Source: Spirochaetes bacterium ADurb.Bin218
Lineage (GTDB): Bacteria > Spirochaetota > UBA4802 > UBA5550
Direction of reading: 5' to 3'
NCBI GenBank assembly: GCA_002069965.1
Contig: MWCI01000008.1
Coordinates: forward strand, 6,910-70,909
Length of the DNA: 64,000 nucleotides
Positions within the stretch are counted from its first letter, which is position 1. Each line of letters opens with the position of its first letter. A program made the translations under genes and the position numbers. The notes under the pieces were generated by a model. The model worked only from the letters and a program-made list of their open reading frames with translations. It ran no database searches and was not told the origin of the DNA. This document shows positions 45,437 through 54,326 of the stretch, piece by piece.

Positions 45437-46432
45437 ATGGAAGTAAGGATCAACAATTATCCTGTAGAGATTTTACTTGAAAATGAAAAGACTGTAAGGG
45501 ATGTAATAAATTCTCTTGCTGAGTGGATAAATCAAAAAAATCTGATACTTGCTGGAGTTGAGATTGATGGCAAAGAATACTCCCTTGAGGATGCACCTCT
45601 AACTGCCATTGAGGAGATCAAGGTCTTAAACTGCCTTGTTCAGTCACGGGCCGATGTTGTCTATGACACTGTAAATGAAGCTATAGTTTATTGCGATAGG
45701 GTTGTAGATTTTTTGAGCAACCTTGAGGATAATGCGATGGATGATGATGAGCTTGAGGATATAGTCTCTGGAATTGAATGGTTGCAGGAAGTTTTTGAGA
45801 GTGTTTCCCATCTTCTTAAAATGGATCCCGCTGAGATTAAATTCCGTGACAAAAACGTTGCTCAGTATCTTAAAAAGCTGGATGAACTCAAGCATAGAAT
45901 TCTCACATTTCTTTCCGAGATGGAGGATACTGGAGAAATCGATATTGAAGAGGATCTATTTACAGATCTAAAAGAAATACTGGCCATGTTCCTTGTAAGT
46001 GAAGAAATGAAACGTCTCGTAATTGAGAGCATTGATTCTCCTGATGTTTTAATAAACTCCCTCAAAGAAATTCTAAAAAATCTTCCAGAACAAAAAAACA
46101 TTCTGGAAAAGGCTGCTGTTTCATATCAAACTGGCCATGACAATCAGGGTATGGAAGAGCTTTTCAGATTTATAGATTTCATGTTTTTCTATACAAGAAC
46201 CTGCTATCAGGTTGCTCCTGTTTTTGACATTAATCTTGCAGATATTATAATAGATGGCATTAGCCTTGAAGAAAAAAATAGGGATCTTCAGACAATGCTA
46301 AATGAAACTATGGATATTATCGAAAGCAATGACATGATAAGCCTTGCAGATATACTTGAATATGAAATAATGGAGCTTGTAGGCAACCTTGATGAGTACA
46401 TAGAGCAGCTCCTTAATAAAATCACCGGCTAA
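45437..46432 (+). CDS. Hypothetical acidic helical protein in the fliS position
   Basis: 331-aa ORF with SD GGAGGA upstream. It is very Asp/Glu-rich, with a small beta-grasp-like N-terminus (MEVRINNYPVEILLENEKTVRDV). No FliS, FliT or other motif recognised. Confidence 0.65.
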   Translation: MEVRINNYPVEILLENEKTVRDVINSLAEWINQKNLILAGVEIDGKEYSLEDAPLTAIEEIKVLNCLVQSRADVVYDTVNEAIVYCDRVVDFLSNLEDNAMDDDELEDIVSGIEWLQEVFESVSHLLKMDPAEIKFRDKNVAQYLKKLDELKHRILTFLSEMEDTGEIDIEEDLFTDLKEILAMFLVSEEMKRLVIESIDSPDVLINSLKEILKNLPEQKNILEKAAVSYQTGHDNQGMEELFRFIDFMFFYTRTCYQVAPVFDINLADIIIDGISLEEKNRDLQTMLNETMDIIESNDMISLADILEYEIMELVGNLDEYIEQLLNKITG

Positions 46433-46501
46433 GAAGTCGGCAACAAAAAACAAACTTTACAAATTTTTATTATTGTAATTTTTATTGTTAATTTTTAAAT
46501 T

Positions 46502-46531
46502 ACCTTCTCAAATCAGCGAGAAGGTTTTTTG
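46502..46531 (+). terminator. Rho-independent terminator ending the filament locus
   Basis: ACCTTCTC (46502-46509), 8-nt loop, GAGAAGGT (46518-46525), then TTTTT. Confidence 0.7.
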
Positions 46532-46600
46532 TTGTCCACAAAGATTAAGGCAAAAAGCCTTTATCTGTAAAATTTTTATCGCCCAAGGAGTACATGATAA

Positions 46601-47905
46601 ATGTTTAACAAAGAAATTGAAACTATGCCAGAAAAAAAGATGAAAGAATTGCAGCTTGAGAGGCTTAAATGGTCTGTCAGACATGCTTATGATAATGTTC
46701 CTTTTTATAAGAAAAAATTTGACGAGGCAGGCTTTCATCCTGATCAGCTAAAAAGCCTTGATGATATGAGACGCATCCCTTTCCTCACAAAGCAGGACAT
46801 GAGAGACCACTATCCTTATGGATTATTTGCTGTGCCTCTAAGCAAAGTGGTTAGAGTGCATGCCTCCTCTGGCACAACAGGGAATGCTACTGTTGTTGGC
46901 TACACCAAAAACGATATTGAGGTCTTCTCGGAGGTTGTTGCTCGTTCCCTTGCATCCTATGGAGTTACAGAAAAGGACATTATTCAGGTTGCCTATGGTT
47001 ATGGGCTCTTTACTGGAGGACTTGGGCTTCACTATGGCTCAGAGAAATTAGGTGCACTTACAGTTCCAATCTCTGGGGGGAATACCCCTCGGCAACTTAT
47101 GCTAATTAAGGATTTTGGAACAACAGTTATAGCATGCACTCCATCTTATGCTCTTAATATTGCAGACTATATTGAGAAGAACATGCCAGACTTCAAAATA
47201 GAAGAGACCAGATTGCGCATCGGGGTTTTTGGTGCAGAGCCATGGACAGAGGCTATGCGTCAGGAGATTGAGAAGCGCCTAAAAATCGACGCTTACGATA
47301 TTTATGGATTAAGCGAGGTAATTGGCCCTGGTGTATCCTGTGAATGCAGCGAAAAATCAGGTCTCCATGTATTTGAGGATCATTTTTATGTAGAGATTAT
47401 AGATCCAGAAACAGGAGAGGTGCTTCCTGAAGGAGAAAAGGGCGAGATTGTATATACATCACTCACAAAGGAGGCATTCCCTGGAATAAGATACAGATCC
47501 AGAGATATAACAAGGCTCTACCACGATAGTTGCAAATGCGGAAGAACTCTTGTAAAGATGGAAAAGGTCACTGGCAGATCTGACGATATGCTCATCATCC
47601 GGGGAGTCAATGTATTTCCAAGTCAGGTGGAGGCTGTTCTTATGGAAGTTCCAGGCATTGAACCTCACTATCAGATCATAGTTGACAGAAAAGGTTCCAT
47701 GGATGATATTGAGGTAATGGTTGAGGTAAATGAGAAGGTATTCTCTGATGAAATAAAGGTCCTCAACAATCTTACAAAGCATATTACAGACAGATTCAGA
47801 AGCATTCTTGGAATTTCGGCCAAGATAACACTGGTGGAACCTCAGACAATTCCACGAAGTGAAGGCAAGGCTGTGAGAGTAATTGATAGAAGAAAACTAA
47901 GCTAA
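46601..47905 (+). CDS. paaK: Phenylacetate--CoA ligase
   Basis: [41 protein letters not shown] and [20 protein letters not shown] are PaaK-family hallmarks. Confidence 0.9.
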   Translation: MFNKEIETMPEKKMKELQLERLKWSVRHAYDNVPFYKKKFDEAGFHPDQLKSLDDMRRIPFLTKQDMRDHYPYGLFAVPLSKVVRVHASSGTTGNATVVGYTKNDIEVFSEVVARSLASYGVTEKDIIQVAYGYGLFTGGLGLHYGSEKLGALTVPISGGNTPRQLMLIKDFGTTVIACTPSYALNIADYIEKNMPDFKIEETRLRIGVFGAEPWTEAMRQEIEKRLKIDAYDIYGLSEVIGPGVSCECSEKSGLHVFEDHFYVEIIDPETGEVLPEGEKGEIVYTSLTKEAFPGIRYRSRDITRLYHDSCKCGRTLVKMEKVTGRSDDMLIIRGVNVFPSQVEAVLMEVPGIEPHYQIIVDRKGSMDDIEVMVEVNEKVFSDEIKVLNNLTKHITDRFRSILGISAKITLVEPQTIPRSEGKAVRVIDRRKLS

Positions 47906-47916
47906 AGGAGGCAGGT

Positions 47917-48354
47917 ATGAATGTCACACAACTTTCCGCTTTTGTAGCAAACAAACCCGGGCATCTGCAAAGAGTCTTAAAGGTTCTGGCTGATGAAAAC
48001 ATCAACATAATAACCCTTACAATTGCAGAAACATCTGATTTTGGAATTCTCAGGATGATTGTAAACGATCCAGAAAAGGGATACAGGGTTTTAAAAGAAA
48101 ACAATATTACCTGCTCCACAACGGATGTTCTTGCCATAGAAATAGACGACAGACCTGGCTCTCTATACAAAGCTCTTGATGCCTTTGCCAAGATGAATCT
48201 CAACATAGAATACATGTATGCCTTTACAGAAAAGAGAGAGGGGAAGGCTGTTATGATCTTTAGATTTGAAGATATTGAAGCTGCCAAAAAGGCACTTATT
48301 GATAGTGGATACAACATTGTAAGAAAGATAGATATAATTGGAGAGAATAAATGA
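47917..48354 (+). CDS. ACT-domain protein (tandem ACT)
   Basis: 145 aa. Two ACT-like repeats (LSAFVANKPGHLQRVLKVLADENINI, LAIEIDDRPGSLYKALDAFAKMNLNI). This is the usual partner of paaK/ior clusters. Confidence 0.8.
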   Translation: MNVTQLSAFVANKPGHLQRVLKVLADENINIITLTIAETSDFGILRMIVNDPEKGYRVLKENNITCSTTDVLAIEIDDRPGSLYKALDAFAKMNLNIEYMYAFTEKREGKAVMIFRFEDIEAAKKALIDSGYNIVRKIDIIGENK

Positions 48355-49907
48355 AAAAAGAAATAATGTTAGGCAATGAAGCCATTGCAAGAGGTGCATG
48401 GGAAGCAGGATGCCACGTTGCAGCAGGCTATCCGGGAACTCCAAGCACAGAGATACTTGAGACAATAGCCTTCAAATACAGAGATATTAAAGCTCAATGG
48501 TCTCCGAACGAGAAGGTTGCTTTAGAGGTTGCAGCAGGGGCATCTGTGGCAGGTGCAAGAGCTCTTGCAACAATGAAACACGTGGGATTAAACGTTGCAG
48601 CAGATCCTCTTTTTACATTCTCTTACACTGGTGTAAATGGTGGACTTGTGATTATCAATGCTGACGATCCCGGAGCATGGAGTTCTCAGAATGAACAGGA
48701 CAACAGGCACCTTGCACGGGCCGCAAAGGTTCCGATGTTAGATGCCAGCTCTCCATCTGAGGCTAAGGAATTTACAAAGCTTGCCTTTGACATATCAGAA
48801 AAATTTGACAGACCGGTTATTGTCAGAATAACAACCAGAGTAGCCCATTCTCAGGGGATAGTAAATCTTGAAGAAAAGCAAAATATCCCTCTAAAGGATT
48901 TTGTAAGGGATCCGAAAAAATACGTAATGATCCCTGCACATGCTCGTCCCAGGCATGTATTTATAGAAGAACAAATAATAAAGCTAAAGGAATATTCTAC
49001 AACAAGCGGTCTAAATTTTATTGAATGGAAAAACAAAAAGCGAGGAATCATAGCAAATGGAGTGGCATACCAATATGTCAAAGAGGTTTGCAGTGAAGAC
49101 TCAATACTAAAAATAGGAATGGTTTGGCCTCTGCCAGATGATCTCATAAAAGAATTTGCCTCTCAGGTTGAGGAACTTTATGTTGTAGAAGAGCTTGATC
49201 CTTTTATTGAAGATTATGTAAAATCCCTTGGTTTTAAAGTTAAGGGCAAAGAGATAATACCTCTATGTGGAGAGCTCACCCCAGAAATAGTAGATAAAGC
49301 CCTTAATGGCAAAAATATTGAATCACCTCTGCCTGCTTATCAGGGAGTTATTCCTCCTCGGCCTCCAAAGCTTTGCGCAGGATGCCCCCATGGCTTTGTC
49401 TTTAATATTTTGAAAAAGCTGGACCTTGTTGTAAATGGAGACATTGGATGCTATACCTTAGGAGTGCTTCCTCCATATTCTGCAATGCACTCCCAGGGCT
49501 GTATGGGTGCAAGCATTGGAATGCACCTGGGATTTGAAAAAGCCAGAGGCGATGAGATGGCTCGAAACTCAGTTGCAGTTATAGGTGATTCTACATTCAT
49601 TCACTCAGGGATCACTCCTTTGATTGATCTTGTCTATAACAAAGGAACTGGCACTGTCATCATAATGGATAATAGAGCTACTGCCATGACCGGGCATCAG
49701 GAAAATCCTGCAACAGGTAAAACCCTTATGGGAGAAGAGACCTTTGAGCTTGACCTTGAGATGATGGCAAAGGCCTGTGGAGTGAAGAGAGTAACAGTTG
49801 TTGATCCCCGCGATGCAGAGCTTCTTGAAAAAGTAATCAAAGAAGAAGTTGCAGCAAAGGAACCATCTGTTATTATTACAAAAAGAAAGTGTATTCTGAA
49901 AAAGTGA
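48351..49907 (+). CDS. iorA: Indolepyruvate:ferredoxin oxidoreductase alpha subunit (short form without a C-terminal ferredoxin domain)
   Basis: MLGNEAIARGAWEAGCHVAAGYPGTPSTEILE, CAGCPHG...GDIGCYTLG and the TPP motif GDSTFIHSG. It is 518 aa and ends 8 nt before iorB. Confidence 0.88.
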   Translation: MKKEIMLGNEAIARGAWEAGCHVAAGYPGTPSTEILETIAFKYRDIKAQWSPNEKVALEVAAGASVAGARALATMKHVGLNVAADPLFTFSYTGVNGGLVIINADDPGAWSSQNEQDNRHLARAAKVPMLDASSPSEAKEFTKLAFDISEKFDRPVIVRITTRVAHSQGIVNLEEKQNIPLKDFVRDPKKYVMIPAHARPRHVFIEEQIIKLKEYSTTSGLNFIEWKNKKRGIIANGVAYQYVKEVCSEDSILKIGMVWPLPDDLIKEFASQVEELYVVEELDPFIEDYVKSLGFKVKGKEIIPLCGELTPEIVDKALNGKNIESPLPAYQGVIPPRPPKLCAGCPHGFVFNILKKLDLVVNGDIGCYTLGVLPPYSAMHSQGCMGASIGMHLGFEKARGDEMARNSVAVIGDSTFIHSGITPLIDLVYNKGTGTVIIMDNRATAMTGHQENPATGKTLMGEETFELDLEMMAKACGVKRVTVVDPRDAELLEKVIKEEVAAKEPSVIITKRKCILKK

Positions 49908-49914
49908 GGAATCT

Positions 49915-50487
49915 ATGAAGAATGTCATATTTGCAGGAGTTGGTGGTCAGGGAGTTATACTAGTAAGCAAAATTTTAATGGATGTTGCCCTGAAAAATGG
50001 ATTCGATGTTAAGGAATCAGAAGTTCATGGAATGGCTCAGCGCGGTGGAAGCGTAGAATGCCATGTTCGCTTTGGAACAGAGGTTAGCTCTCCACTCATA
50101 CCAAAGGCTGGGGCTGACTATATCCTGTGTCTTGAATTGCTCGAGGCAATGAGGAAGCTTGAATATCTAAACAAAAACTCAGTGCTCATAATAAATAGAG
50201 AACAAATAAACCCAGCGCCTGTGGAAATAGGAGCGATGGAATATCCCTCTGACATAGAAAGCTGGTTAAAAAACAATTTCCCAAATACCATAATAGTAGA
50301 CACAGGGGAAATTCTGAAAGAGGTAGGAACCAAAAGAGCTCTCAATGTTGTAATGCTTGGATGCCTTTCACGTTTCCTTGATTTTAACATCAAGGATTGG
50401 GAAGAGTCAATTTCAAAATTTGTCAAGGAAAGTGCCCTTGAGCAAAACATCAAAGCCTTTAAAATGGGCAGAGAGCTCATAGCGTAA
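49915..50487 (+). CDS. iorB: Indolepyruvate:ferredoxin oxidoreductase beta subunit
   Basis: IFAGVGGQGVILVSKIL and HGMAQRGGSV motifs of the POR-gamma-like IorB family. Confidence 0.9.
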   Translation: MKNVIFAGVGGQGVILVSKILMDVALKNGFDVKESEVHGMAQRGGSVECHVRFGTEVSSPLIPKAGADYILCLELLEAMRKLEYLNKNSVLIINREQINPAPVEIGAMEYPSDIESWLKNNFPNTIIVDTGEILKEVGTKRALNVVMLGCLSRFLDFNIKDWEESISKFVKESALEQNIKAFKMGRELIA

Positions 50488-50502
50488 ATATAAACTTTCA
50501 AC

Positions 50503-52191
50503 ATGGTGCTTAAGTTTCAAAGCAAGCATCATGTTGAAAAATTTAAAAAACATAAACTTTATATGGAGACCTCAAAAACTTTTAGCTCAGATATAGTAAC
50601 ATTAACCATTAATGAGGCGGCCGATATTGCCAGTGTATCAACAGATACCATACGCAACTGGATCAAAAGTGGGTATTTAATCTCTCCAGATAAAAAAACA
50701 ATAACTCAAACATCCTTTGATCAATTTATGGAAAATATTGCTGGAGTGGAAAAACTCACCTCACGGGCAAACAAGCTATTCAAAGTCGACAACAACTATA
50801 AAGAAATAACAAGGAAAATAGATTTCCTCATACAAAACTTTGCCGATGAAGAGATAGGCATTGAGTATGAAAAATCTCTCTCTGCATCATATAGAAACCG
50901 TGAGGGGATTTACTATACACCATCGACCATCGCAAGAGACATGATTCGCAAAATCAAAATAAAGCCTCACCTGAAATTTCTGGATCCCTGCTGTGGTTCA
51001 GGAAATTTTATAATAGAGGCTATTAGACTTGGGATCCCACCAGAAAACATCTATGGCTTTGACACAGATGAAAACGCTGTGACCATAACCAAAAACCGCA
51101 TTTATCAAGAAACAGAATTTGAATCACCCAATATAATAGTCGGGGACTTTCTTGAACATTGCCAGCGATTGAAAGCCGAAGGAATAACCTTTGATCTGAT
51201 TTTTACAAATCCCCCCTGGGGAAAAAAGATGAAAAAAGACGAAAAGAAAAAATATGGTAAAATCTTTGATTGTGGTGACAGTCTTGATACAAGCTCAATA
51301 TTTATGGCTGCATGCTTTGAAATACTCAAAAAATCTGGCACCTTAGGCTTTTTATTGCAAGAGGCCTTTTTTAACATAGCCGCCTATGAGGATATGAGAG
51401 GCAAGGTGCTCCAAAAAAAAATACTTTACATCATTGACTATGGAAGAGCTTTTAAGGGACTTATGACAAAGGCTCAGGCTATTATTATCAAAAATCAAAG
51501 GCCCATCGCAGAAAATAAAATTCAATGTATCCATAAGGACTCCATATCTACTCTAAATCAATCTTGCTTTATAAACAATCCAAAAAAAATATTTAACTTC
51601 TGGATAAATGAAGATGACTTTAAGGTAATTGATAGACTCTACTCAATCAAACACATCACCCTTTCTCAAAAGGCTAAATGGGGGTTGGGGATTGTCACTG
51701 GAAATAACAAAAGGTTTTGTAAAAAATGCTATAGCGATGGCTACATACCTGTTTATAAGGGAACTGACATTTTAAAAAATAAAATAAAAGAGCCTTCTAC
51801 CTTTATACCAAGAGATTTTAGCAAATTTCAACAGGTTGCTCCACTTGAACTCTATGAGGCAAAGGAAAAATTGATCTACAGATTTATTTCTTCTGATCTA
51901 TGCTTTGCCTATGATGATAAACAAAGAGTCATTCTAAACAGCGCAAACCTACTAATACCTGAAAATATTGGAATATCTACAAAAGATCTTGCAGCTTTAT
52001 TAAACAGTGATATTATAAACTGGCTTTTTAAAAGGCTTTTTAATACTCATAAAATTCTAAGGAGCGATCTGGAATTATTGCCGATACATGTAGACTATTT
52101 TAAAAAATATAAAGAGTTTTCCGAAAAAAGCTATCTGGACTATTTAGGCATAATAAAACTTAGCGATAATATTTTTAGATTAAAAAGCTAA
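50503..52191 (+). CDS. N6-adenine DNA methyltransferase (gamma-class, Eco57I/TaqI-like) with an N-terminal excisionase/MerR-type HTH
   Basis: Motif I FLDPCCGSGNFI and motif IV FTNPPWG. The TaqI_C-like target-recognition region includes GIVTGNNKRF. The N-terminal LTINEAADIASVSTDTIRNWIKSGYL is an HTH_17-like helix-turn-helix. The true start may be the ATG at 50563. Confidence 0.85.
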   Translation: MVLKFQSKHHVEKFKKHKLYMETSKTFSSDIVTLTINEAADIASVSTDTIRNWIKSGYLISPDKKTITQTSFDQFMENIAGVEKLTSRANKLFKVDNNYKEITRKIDFLIQNFADEEIGIEYEKSLSASYRNREGIYYTPSTIARDMIRKIKIKPHLKFLDPCCGSGNFIIEAIRLGIPPENIYGFDTDENAVTITKNRIYQETEFESPNIIVGDFLEHCQRLKAEGITFDLIFTNPPWGKKMKKDEKKKYGKIFDCGDSLDTSSIFMAACFEILKKSGTLGFLLQEAFFNIAAYEDMRGKVLQKKILYIIDYGRAFKGLMTKAQAIIIKNQRPIAENKIQCIHKDSISTLNQSCFINNPKKIFNFWINEDDFKVIDRLYSIKHITLSQKAKWGLGIVTGNNKRFCKKCYSDGYIPVYKGTDILKNKIKEPSTFIPRDFSKFQQVAPLELYEAKEKLIYRFISSDLCFAYDDKQRVILNSANLLIPENIGISTKDLAALLNSDIINWLFKRLFNTHKILRSDLELLPIHVDYFKKYKEFSEKSYLDYLGIIKLSDNIFRLKS

Positions 52192-52301
52192 GGCATAAAT
52201 ATTTCTACAAAAGTCACTGCAAAAATCTTGACAGTCTTTTTTAGCTGAATAATTCTTCTTTCTATCAAAAACATTTTAATACTACGAGCTCAGAGGAACA
52301 C

Positions 52302-53402
52302 ATGGAAGAAACAAAAGAAAAGACTTATAATAAAATAAAAACCCGATTGTCAATTATAGATATTGTCCTTGATATACTTTTGCTTGCAATCCTTGCTTTT
52401 TCAGGGCTTTCACATTTTTTTGCAGATATATCTTCTATAACATCAAAGGATTATATAAACTTTTTAATCTTTGCTTTTTATACAGGATTGTTTTTTTCGA
52501 TCTTTGGCATACCTCTGGACTTTTATGGTTCCTTTATAATCGAACATAGATTTAACCTATCAAATCAAACTTTTTTTGCATGGCTATGGGAAAAACTAAA
52601 ATCACTTCTTTTGACAATTGCAATAGGCCTTCCTGTGGCACTTGTTTTTTATTTTTTTATAAAAAAATCCGGTCATCTCTGGTGGCTTTACTTTGCAAGT
52701 TTTCTTGTCATATTTTCTATAGTTCTTGCACGCCTTGCTCCTGTTCTCATCTTTCCACTATTTTATAAATTCAAAATGCTTGAGGATGGTGAGATAAAAG
52801 AAAAAATTACTGAGGTTCTATCAAAGGCAAATATCTCCATATCAGGGATATTCTCTTTTAATATGAGTAAAGATACAAAAAAGGCCAATGCAGGTTTCAC
52901 AGGTATTGGAAAGAGCAAAAGAATTATACTCAGTGATACTCTTATCAATGATTTTACTCCTGCAGAGATAGCTATTGTCTTTGCCCATGAGGCTGGTCAC
53001 TACAAGCACAAGCATATTATTAAAAATCTAATATTAAGCACTGCGGTGATATTTATAACTCTCTTTATCTGCGCCAGACTTCACAGCCTTACAGTTGAGG
53101 CGATGGGAATTGAAAGTATATATGCCCTCGAATCCTTACCAATACTCATGCTTTATATAACAGTGGCAGGAGTTTTTATAATGCCTCTGACAAATTATAT
53201 ATCAAGACGCTATGAGTTTCAGGCAGATGAGTATGCAGTGAAGATAACAGGAGACAAAGAATCTTTTATATCAGCTATGGAAAAACTGGCAAACCTGAAT
53301 CTTGCAGATAAGGAACCTCACCCAGCTATTGAATTTTTTCTCTATAGCCATCCTTCAATTAAGAGACGAATAGCCTTTGCCGAAAAACTCGAGTTGAATT
53401 AG
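52302..53402 (+). CDS. M48-family (Ste24/HtpX-like) integral-membrane zinc metallopeptidase
   Basis: Multiple TM helices, HEXXH (FAHEAGHYKH) and a downstream E (EFQADEYA). C-terminal HPSIKRRI. Confidence 0.85.
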   Translation: MEETKEKTYNKIKTRLSIIDIVLDILLLAILAFSGLSHFFADISSITSKDYINFLIFAFYTGLFFSIFGIPLDFYGSFIIEHRFNLSNQTFFAWLWEKLKSLLLTIAIGLPVALVFYFFIKKSGHLWWLYFASFLVIFSIVLARLAPVLIFPLFYKFKMLEDGEIKEKITEVLSKANISISGIFSFNMSKDTKKANAGFTGIGKSKRIILSDTLINDFTPAEIAIVFAHEAGHYKHKHIIKNLILSTAVIFITLFICARLHSLTVEAMGIESIYALESLPILMLYITVAGVFIMPLTNYISRRYEFQADEYAVKITGDKESFISAMEKLANLNLADKEPHPAIEFFLYSHPSIKRRIAFAEKLELN

Positions 53403-53405
53403 TAA

Positions 53406-54326
53406 TTAATAAACAGAGGTTTTCTCAAGAGTTTTAATCATATTAAAAAGCATATTATTAATTGGAGTAGGGACTCCCAGTTCTCTACCCAATTCAATAA
53501 CTGCGCCAGAAAAAATCTCCACCTCTGTTTTTCTGCCAGCCTCTATATCCTGCAGCATTGATGTTTTACCAGATGGGGCAAGAGATCCTATAATCTCCAG
53601 GTGATGATCTATATCCTTTTCAGAAAGCTCAATTCCTTTACGCCTTGCTATTTGCAAAACCTCCAGCGATGCCATGCGCAAAAGCTCTTTGGCCTCATCC
53701 ACTTGTTGAAAAACGCCATAGGGTGCACGCAGTATAGCAGAAACCTGATTAACAGCAACGTTCATCATAAACTTCCACCACTGCTCTCTTACAATATTCT
53801 CTGGTATCACATAGGGAATACCGCTTTGTTCAAAAAATTCCTTAACAACCCAGACCTTCTCATCTCTGCTGTCTCTGTCAGAGCCAAAGACGATTCTCCC
53901 TGGGTTGGTAAATTTAATAGATGTGCCTTCTCTGACAGCATCTGTTCCAACAACAAAGGAACGTAAAATATTTTCCTTACCATAATACTCAGAGATTATC
54001 TCCTCACTTGTTATTCCATTAAGAAGGGAAAGAATTATAGTATTTTCTCCAACAAAATTTTTAATATCCCGAATAGACTCAATCAGAGAATAGTGCTTTA
54101 CAGCAATGAGTATAAGATCTGCCTTTTGAGTGCTTTCAGAGGGATTTACAAAATTAAAGTCATACTCTTCATTGTTAATTTTTATCTTTTCCCTTTTATA
54201 CTTTTCAATGCGTTCCTTATCAGCAATAATGAATAAGCTCTTTCTGTCAAATTTATATAAAATTGAAGCATAGAGAGCTCCTATGGCACCAAGCCCTGAA
54301 ATAAAAACCGAAGATATCTTTTTCAT
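53406..54326 (-). CDS. Ketopantoate reductase (PanE/ApbA)-family NAD(P)-dependent oxidoreductase
   Basis: Rossmann motif ISGLGAIGALYA, and later SMLQDIEAGRKTEVE typical of the ApbA_C domain. I moved the start to the ATG at 54326, which forms an ATGA overlap with the upstream stop. Confidence 0.75.
   Translation of the reverse strand: MKKISSVFISGLGAIGALYASILYKFDRKSLFIIADKERIEKYKREKIKINNEEYDFNFVNPSESTQKADLILIAVKHYSLIESIRDIKNFVGENTIILSLLNGITSEEIISEYYGKENILRSFVVGTDAVREGTSIKFTNPGRIVFGSDRDSRDEKVWVVKEFFEQSGIPYVIPENIVREQWWKFMMNVAVNQVSAILRAPYGVFQQVDEAKELLRMASLEVLQIARRKGIELSEKDIDHHLEIIGSLAPSGKTSMLQDIEAGRKTEVEIFSGAVIELGRELGVPTPINNMLFNMIKTLEKTSVY

Noticed and set aside
50503-53402. The methyltransferase plus adjacent M48 peptidase as a possible two-gene defence or abortive-infection module.
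   Set aside because: The peptidase is a typical multi-TM Ste24/HtpX-like housekeeping protease, with a 110-nt gap and probably its own promoter. I know of no link between the two families, and there is no nuclease, ATPase or sensor component.
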